Below are positions 35,089-39,817 of a stretch of DNA of 39,817 nt, in pieces; the stretch's first letter is position 1, and each line of letters starts with the position of its first letter. A model generated the notes under the pieces. The model was not told where the DNA came from, did no database searches, and worked only from the letters and a program-made list of their open reading frames with translations. Made by a program: the position numbers and the translations under genes. Origin of the DNA: Candidatus Omnitrophota bacterium (GTDB lineage: Bacteria > Omnitrophota > Gorgyraeia > Zapsychrales > Fredricksoniimonadaceae); assembly GCA_015234065.1 (NCBI GenBank), contig JADFWS010000002.1:1-39817 (forward strand). The letters are read 5' to 3'.

Positions 35089-35935
35089 AATCTACCCCTT
35101 CATTAGCCAGGTCGTCCGGCATATCCGCATCCGCCGGGCTCTCAGCCTCGGCCGCGTCGGCCATGGCACGCGCCTGGCCGCTGGATTCTCCCTGAGGCGC
35201 TTCATCCATGAAGCCCGGTGTCACTTCCACGCGGCGCTCAAGCTCCTCAATTTCCAAACGTGTCCGCGCTTCTGCCAGCGCCTCTTCCACAGACCCTGTA
35301 TCTTCAGGCTCTGCAGGCGCCTCAACGGACGGCAACACCGACGGCATTTCCGCCACAGCCGCCTGCGGATTAGGCGTTGCGCTGGCTTCATTGACCTGCG
35401 CCATGAGCGCCGGGAATTCCTCCAAACGCGGCAGGTCCTCAAGCGCGCGCAACCCGAAATATTCCAGGAACTGATCGGTCGTGCCGTAGACGTACGGCCG
35501 GCCCGGCACTTCTTTGCGACCCACGATCTTGATCAAATTCTTGTTCAGCAAATGCATGACAACGCCGTCGGAATTAACCCCGCGGATCACTTCCGTATCC
35601 GCGCGCGACACCGGCTGTTTATACGCGATGATCGCCAGCACTTCCAGCGCCGGGCGGGACAGCTTTTCTTTTTGTTTGGTCTTGTAAAATTCACGGACAT
35701 ACGCCGCAAACGAGGGGCTGGACAGCATCTGCCAGCCGCCCGCGATCTCGCTTATCGTCACGCCGCCGGCACGCGTTTCATATTCATCCTTGAGGGCCTG
35801 CAGCGCTTCCTTGATGTCTGGCGCGCCAATACCCGGCACCGCGACCTTGATCTGGTCCATGGTCACCGGCTTGTCGCTCACGAACAACAGCGCCTCGACA
35901 GCCCCTTTTAAATGGCCTAATTGTGACGGCTCCAT
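35063..35935 (-). CDS. scpB: Segregation and condensation protein B with a long acidic C-terminal tail
   Basis: 290-aa ORF with VEALLFVSDKPVT, two winged-helix modules (PRLEEFP near their end) and then about 110 aa of Ala/Glu/Asp/Pro-rich sequence. It overlaps pheA by 26 nt. Confidence 0.88.
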   Translation of the reverse strand: MEPSQLGHLKGAVEALLFVSDKPVTMDQIKVAVPGIGAPDIKEALQALKDEYETRAGGVTISEIAGGWQMLSSPSFAAYVREFYKTKQKEKLSRPALEVLAIIAYKQPVSRADTEVIRGVNSDGVVMHLLNKNLIKIVGRKEVPGRPYVYGTTDQFLEYFGLRALEDLPRLEEFPALMAQVNEASATPNPQAAVAEMPSVLPSVEAPAEPEDTGSVEEALAEARTRLEIEELERRVEVTPGFMDEAPQGESSGQARAMADAAEAESPADADMPDDLANEGVDYGSENPSQ

Positions 35936-35936
35936 A

Positions 35937-36563
35937 TCAGCCCCGCACCTTTTGTTTATATAATTCGTTCAAGAGCTCTTCGACCGACCGGATACTTTTA
36001 TTGCGCTCGAGCGCTTTTTTGATCATCTCTTCCGCTTCTGCTTTTTTATACTGCAACTGCAACAGGACCGACAACGCTTCGGCTTCAAACGGACGCGCGT
36101 CATGACGCTCTTCCCGCACCCCGCCGTCCTGAATAAGGCCAAAACGACTGACCTTGCTCTGCAGTTTAGCCACGATCTCCTTGGCTTTCTGCGGGCCAAT
36201 ACCCGGAAGCTCTTTCAGCGCCGCAGCATCGCCTTCGCCAATGGCACGCGCAATTTCCGCGATCGAACGATCCAGCGCCCGGACAGCGGCCTTGGGGCCG
36301 ATACCCGACACCGAAATGAACTGCAAAAAGAAATCGCGCTCAACCTCATTTAAAAATCCGACCAAAACCGGCACGCCGCTCGATGGCCCGATCTGGAAAT
36401 AAAAATGCGTGACCAGTGTGACATCCCCGGATGCATCCACCGCCGCATCGATACGGCTGAGCACAGACGCCGGCACCATCACTTCATAGAAAATGCCGCC
36501 CTGTTCCAACACGACGGCATGTTCTTTCTTTTCTACCAGTTTTCCTTTGAGGCGGGCGATCAT
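35937..36563 (-). CDS. ruvA: Holliday junction branch migration complex subunit RuvA
   Basis: 208-aa ORF with MIARLKGKL, HhH motifs (VSGIGPKAA, LPGIGPKKA-like) and a C-terminal domain III. Confidence 0.93.
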   Translation of the reverse strand: MIARLKGKLVEKKEHAVVLEQGGIFYEVMVPASVLSRIDAAVDASGDVTLVTHFYFQIGPSSGVPVLVGFLNEVERDFFLQFISVSGIGPKAAVRALDRSIAEIARAIGEGDAAALKELPGIGPQKAKEIVAKLQSKVSRFGLIQDGGVREERHDARPFEAEALSVLLQLQYKKAEAEEMIKKALERNKSIRSVEELLNELYKQKVRG

Positions 36564-36566
36564 GGA

Positions 36567-37064
36567 TTATTTCCCTGCCATAAGATCAACGCGTTTCATC
36601 GAAGAGTACCCGAGGGCGAGGGCCAGTGCGTCGGACGCATCGAGGGTCAGCTTTAACGGATCCACCTTCAGGATCCCGGCGACCACCCGGCGGGTCTGCT
36701 CTTTGGAAGCATTACCGTTTCCCACCACCGCCTTGCGGATCCGCTTCGGCGACTCTTCCATGACCGGCACATTATGTTGGGCACAGGCGAGATAAATAAC
36801 GCCCCGCGCATGCCCCATGATCGATGCCGTCATAGGATGGGCACTGTGTGAATATAACTTTTCAAGAACAACAACATCCGGCTTCTGCCGTTGAATGATC
36901 TCACCAACAAGGGCATGGATCTTAAGAAGCTTTTCCGAAAAAGCCGCCCTGGCTTTCGGTTCGATCGACCCGACCTCCAGAGGCCTGGGCCGCCCGCTGA
37001 CCCCGGACTCCACTACGCCATAACCCGTGGCTTTAAGCCCAGGGTCAATGCCCATTATTTTCAT
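36567..37064 (-). CDS. ruvC: Crossover junction endodeoxyribonuclease RuvC
   Basis: 165-aa ORF with IMGIDPGLKATGYGV, VVLEKLY and the C-terminal DASDALALAL. Confidence 0.93.
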   Translation of the reverse strand: MKIMGIDPGLKATGYGVVESGVSGRPRPLEVGSIEPKARAAFSEKLLKIHALVGEIIQRQKPDVVVLEKLYSHSAHPMTASIMGHARGVIYLACAQHNVPVMEESPKRIRKAVVGNGNASKEQTRRVVAGILKVDPLKLTLDASDALALALGYSSMKRVDLMAGK

Positions 37065-37073
37065 AGCGTTGTA

Positions 37074-37826
37074 TTACTCGGCCGTAAGCAGTGCCATATC
37101 TTCATCGGAAATATCAAAATTCGCATACACGTTCTGAACATCCTCGTTCTCTTCCAGCGCTTCAATAAGAGCGAGCACGTTCTTGGCTTCACTACCCGTA
37201 ACCTTCTTGGTGGTCGTCGGGATCATGGTGACTTCTGCGGAGCGCATCGGGATCTTCTTCGCTTCAAGCGCCGAACGCACGGGTTCCAGGGATAAAGGAT
37301 CCGTTGTCACTTCATATACATCACCTTCAACGGTCATATCTTCGGCACCGGCTTCAAGCACGATCTCCATGAGCGCATCTTCACCGATAGCCTTGGTTTC
37401 AACCGCGATCAGCCCGCGCTTGTTGAATAAAAACGCCGTGGAGCCGGGAGACGCTAAAGCACTGTTCTTGCGCGTCAGAATATTACGGACTTCCGCTGTT
37501 GTACGGTTCTTGTTATCCGTCAACCCGTCAATAAAGAGCGCCACACCACCCGGCGCATACGCGTCGAATGTAAAACTTTCATACGTCACACCTTCAAGCT
37601 CGCCGGTCCCTTTTTTGATCGCGTTCTCGACGTTGCTTAACGGCATGCCAATGGAACGGGCACGCAGGATCGCCGTACGCAAACGCGGATTCATGTTCGG
37701 ATCCCCGCCGCTTTCTTTACAGACCATGGTGATCTCACGCGTCACCTTTGTAAAAGCCGCACCGCGCTTGGCATCGGTCGCGCCTTTTTTATGCTTGATT
37801 TTTGCCCACTTTGAGTGACCTGACAT
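37074..37826 (-). CDS. yebC: YebC/PmpR-family DNA-binding transcriptional regulator
   Basis: 250-aa ORF starting MSGHSKWAKIKHKKG. A GGAGG SD is present. Confidence 0.93.
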   Translation of the reverse strand: MSGHSKWAKIKHKKGATDAKRGAAFTKVTREITMVCKESGGDPNMNPRLRTAILRARSIGMPLSNVENAIKKGTGELEGVTYESFTFDAYAPGGVALFIDGLTDNKNRTTAEVRNILTRKNSALASPGSTAFLFNKRGLIAVETKAIGEDALMEIVLEAGAEDMTVEGDVYEVTTDPLSLEPVRSALEAKKIPMRSAEVTMIPTTTKKVTGSEAKNVLALIEALEENEDVQNVYANFDISDEDMALLTAE

Positions 37827-37864
37827 TGTGTTGCCTCCGTTTACCTTCGATTAATGAAATATGA

Positions 37865-38297
37865 AAAGCAGGCCATAAGCCGAGTTCTGTATCTCCTTGA
37901 AGACCACCGGTATAACCCGGCAATACATCAACAAGAGATGGCCATCTGACTGACTCCCTCCGTTGCCGGAAGGACTCTTGCGGCCTACCCGAGGATCCAA
38001 GCGGCGCGGATCACGCCGTGTCCTGACATATTTCGTCAGGGCCAGGGGCGTTTAAACTTACCCGCCCCTGATGACATATATCAGGAACTCTCCTCTTATT
38101 TGGCCTTGCTCCGTGCAGAGATTGCCCGTTTCACTCCGGCCGTTAAAACGACCGGCATCGTCACTGTGGCTCTTTTCATCCGCCGGGGGGCCTGTGCCCG
38201 ACCGACGCTTCCAGCATTACCTGGATGCACTACCCTTTGGAGCTCGGACTTTCCTCTCCGACGATAAATTCATCGGAGCGACCATCCTGGCCTGCTT
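37865..38297 (-). ncRNA. rnpB: RNase P RNA, bacterial type A (ends approximate, about +/-10 nt)
   Basis: The minus strand reads AGCAGGCCA...GAGGAAAGUCCGAGCUCC (P4 5' strand)...GGAGCAAGGCCAAAUA...GGGUAGGCCGCAAGAG...ACAGAACUCGGCUUAUGGCCUGCU (P4 3' strand and P1 closing). The P1 and P3 pairings check by hand. Confidence 0.93.
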
Positions 38298-38697
38298 TTT
38301 TATCTTTAAGAGCGCTTGTTGCCGCGCGATCCGCCTCGGCATTCTCTGCCCGGGGGATCGCCTTACATTCCACTTTTTTAAAACCTTTAAGCAATATCGA
38401 CGCTTCCTGATGAAGCGGAATAATATTCGGGTGTTTAACTTTATACGTCCCCTTAAGCTGAAAGAAAACCAGCTCGCTGTCCATGCGCAGGCGGATATGC
38501 TCAGCGCCAAGCGCCTTAACCTCTTTAAGCCCGCGGATCAGGGCCGAATATTCCGCGATATTATTCGTGGCCGACCCGATCGCCTCGGAAACAGTATGGA
38601 CCGTAACCCCGCCCTGCTTGATCACAACCCCGATCGCCGCCGGCCCGGGATTCCCGCTGCAGGCACCGTCCGTAAACACGTCGTAGATCGCGCTCAA
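38230..38697 (-). CDS. rnhA: Ribonuclease HI
   Basis: 155-aa ORF with a TTG start (TTGA overlap with the upstream stop). The DEDD residues are in context: FTDGAC, NNIAEYSAL, RMDSELV, AEADRAA. The last ~22 codons run into rnpB. Confidence 0.85.
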   Translation of the reverse strand: MSAIYDVFTDGACSGNPGPAAIGVVIKQGGVTVHTVSEAIGSATNNIAEYSALIRGLKEVKALGAEHIRLRMDSELVFFQLKGTYKVKHPNIIPLHQEASILLKGFKKVECKAIPRAENAEADRAATSALKDKKAGQDGRSDEFIVGEESPSSKG

Positions 38698-39410
38698 AGC
38701 TCATCCTCAATATACAAAAACCGCGTGCACATATCACAGCGCACCACTTCGGTATACATCCGGATCTTGTTCAAGACCTGCGGCGGCTGAAGCATGAAAC
38801 ATCCCCCGCACGTATTGTTCACGAGCGGCACAACCGCCGACCCGTCACGGTTCTCGACCACTTTTTCATATACCGACAGCGTATGCGCATCCATGCCAGC
38901 CATGGCCTCTTTACGCCTGACATCAACAACCGCGACTTTATCCTTAAGGCCGTTGATCACGCCATCGACCTTATTCTTCTCGGCAAGATATTTCTGTTCT
39001 TCGGCGTCAACAATCGCCTTTTCCTTCGCAATATCCTGGATATTCTTTTCCGACTCATCCATGAATTTAAGGACTTCTTCCTCAAATTTGGATTTATCCG
39101 CCTTCATGTTCTCGATCTCAAAAAGCCGTGCCTGATATTCCTTGTTGGTCTTAAGCAACATAAGGCCGTTATTCGCCTTGAGGATATCCTCTTCTTTACT
39201 TTTAAGATCAAGCTCTTTGGCCTTACGGGCACGCTCCAGGTCCTGAGCTTTTTTCTCCAGCGTATGGAACCGTGCTTTCTTCGCATCAAAAACAGCCTTG
39301 ATCTCGTCGAGAAGAATGGGCGTTTCCCGCAATTCACGCTTGTACTCATAAAGCTCAACATCGATCTTCTGCAGTGCAACAAGCTTCCTGATCAGGTCCT
39401 TCACATCCAT
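38694..39410 (-). CDS. Coiled-coil protein with a C-terminal C4 zinc ribbon (COG1579/DUF164-like)
   Basis: Start trimmed to MDVKDLIRKL (ATG at 39410), because the longer ORF overlaps tRNA-Val. It has a long heptad-rich region and then CGGC...17 aa...CDMC. Confidence 0.8.
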   Translation of the reverse strand: MDVKDLIRKLVALQKIDVELYEYKRELRETPILLDEIKAVFDAKKARFHTLEKKAQDLERARKAKELDLKSKEEDILKANNGLMLLKTNKEYQARLFEIENMKADKSKFEEEVLKFMDESEKNIQDIAKEKAIVDAEEQKYLAEKNKVDGVINGLKDKVAVVDVRRKEAMAGMDAHTLSVYEKVVENRDGSAVVPLVNNTCGGCFMLQPPQVLNKIRMYTEVVRCDMCTRFLYIEDEL

Positions 39411-39460
39411 TCCGGCCACGAGTCCCCTTCTTTCAACTTGAACAACGGATAAACTAAAAA

Positions 39461-39537
39461 TGGTGGACACAGTAGGAATCGAACCTACGACCTCTGCCAT
39501 GTGAGGGCAACGCTCTAACCAACTGAGCTATGTGTCC
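39461..39537 (-). tRNA. tRNA-Val (anticodon CAC), 3' CCA encoded
   Basis: The cloverleaf folds by hand: acceptor GGACACA/UGUGUCC, anticodon arm UUGCC-CUCACAU-GGCAG, T arm GUAGG-UUCGAUU-CCUAC, then ACCA. Confidence 0.93.
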
Positions 39538-39559
39538 AAATTGATCAAACAATAATCAC

Positions 39560-39633
39560 TGGGCCCACCTGGACTCGAACCAGGGACCAAGAGATTATGA
39601 GTCTCCTGCTCTAACCGACTGAGCTATAGGCCC
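39560..39633 (-). tRNA. tRNA with anticodon CAU, probably the lysidine-type tRNA-Ile2 rather than elongator Met; CCA not encoded
   Basis: The cloverleaf is GGGCCUA...GGAGA-CUCAUAA-UCUCU-UGGUC-CCUGG-UUCGAGU-CCAGG-UGGGCCC-A. The anticodon arm, variable loop and C4/C5 acceptor pairs resemble E. coli tRNA-Ile2 as I recall it. It is not initiator-like. Confidence 0.85.
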
Positions 39634-39670
39634 GAAATCTCTCAATAAAGCCCAAAATTTTAATTGAAAG

Positions 39671-39699
39671 AGCATAGCACAGCCCTTTTTTATTTGCAA
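39671..39699 (-). promoter_or_regulatory. Possible sigma70-like promoter for the tRNA genes
   Basis: On the minus strand: TTGCAA (39694-39699), a 17-nt spacer, then TATGCT (39671-39676), about 35 nt upstream of the tRNA(CAU) 5' end. Confidence 0.35.
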
Positions 39700-39728
39700 C
39701 TGGAAACCGCCGGTGCATTATAAGTAAA

Positions 39729-39817
39729 TTATTTATAAGACCCGGCCACGGTCACGGTCGTATGATCAGACGGCTTAACTCCTTTAAACACCATGCCGTA
39801 GGAACAATCTATGTCGA
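39729..39817 (-). CDS. 3' end of an unidentified CDS entering from the right edge
   Basis: Hand translation gives only one open frame: ...DIDCSYGMVFKGVKPSDHTTVTVAGSYK followed by TAA at 39729-39731. It is too short to identify. Confidence 0.25.
   Translation of the reverse strand, partial: DIDCSYGMVFKGVKPSDHTTVTVAGSYK

Noticed and set aside
38071-38790. 239-aa plus-strand ORF.
   Set aside because: It runs antisense across rnpB and rnhA, both of which are supported by strong motifs. It has no recognisable domain.
39411-39500. N-terminal extension (MAEVVGSIPTVSTIFSL...) of the zinc-ribbon ORF.
   Set aside because: The extension is the translation of tRNA-Val(CAC) at 39461-39537. The internal ATG at 39410 gives a sensible start.
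1-39817. Scan for CRISPR arrays, rRNA genes, riboswitch-sized leaders and toxin-antitoxin pairs.
   Set aside because: There is no regularly spaced direct-repeat array and no rRNA-like conserved blocks. Intergenic leaders are too short or are occupied by the repeats and terminators listed above. I saw no small overlapping gene pair with TA-like features.

Overview
This window is 39.8 kb of a compact bacterial chromosome. The gene content looks diderm (FadL-family OMP, LpoB-like and lipobox lipoproteins, PilB-type ATPase). The lineage is probably uncultivated, but the taxon cannot be determined from the sequence alone. Every feature I can support lies on the minus strand: about 45 CDS, RNase P RNA and two tRNAs. 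Thirteen gene junctions overlap by 1-26 nt. Most content is housekeeping: a pilB module, rodA, pckA, nadE, plsY-pgsA, lepB-lepA, cmk, an aromatic amino-acid block (pheA-hisC-aroF-tyrA), scpB, ruvA-ruvC-yebC, rnpB, rnhA, tRNA-Val(CAC) and a tRNA(CAU). Five loci are not ordinary. (1) 3660-6422 encodes a predicted exported Memo-AMMECR1 fusion with no radical-SAM partner in the window. It is translationally coupled to a DsbA-like/MauE-DoxX thiol-redox pair and is followed by a twin-CX3C mini membrane protein. (2) About 21.9-26.3 kb is an AT-rich stretch bracketed by repeats and terminators. It carries a 921-aa compositionally mosaic secreted protein and an orphan 117-aa gene. (3) 8062-12059 holds a multi-TM/GAF histidine kinase, a glycine-zipper lipoprotein, and two stand-alone receivers flanking a CheX-like protein that lacks the catalytic Glu. 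(4) The rnhA reading frame runs 68 nt into rnpB. (5) Two families of dispersed intergenic repeats are present. I saw no CRISPR array, transposase, integrase or rRNA. All calls rest on motif recognition by eye; no searches were run.
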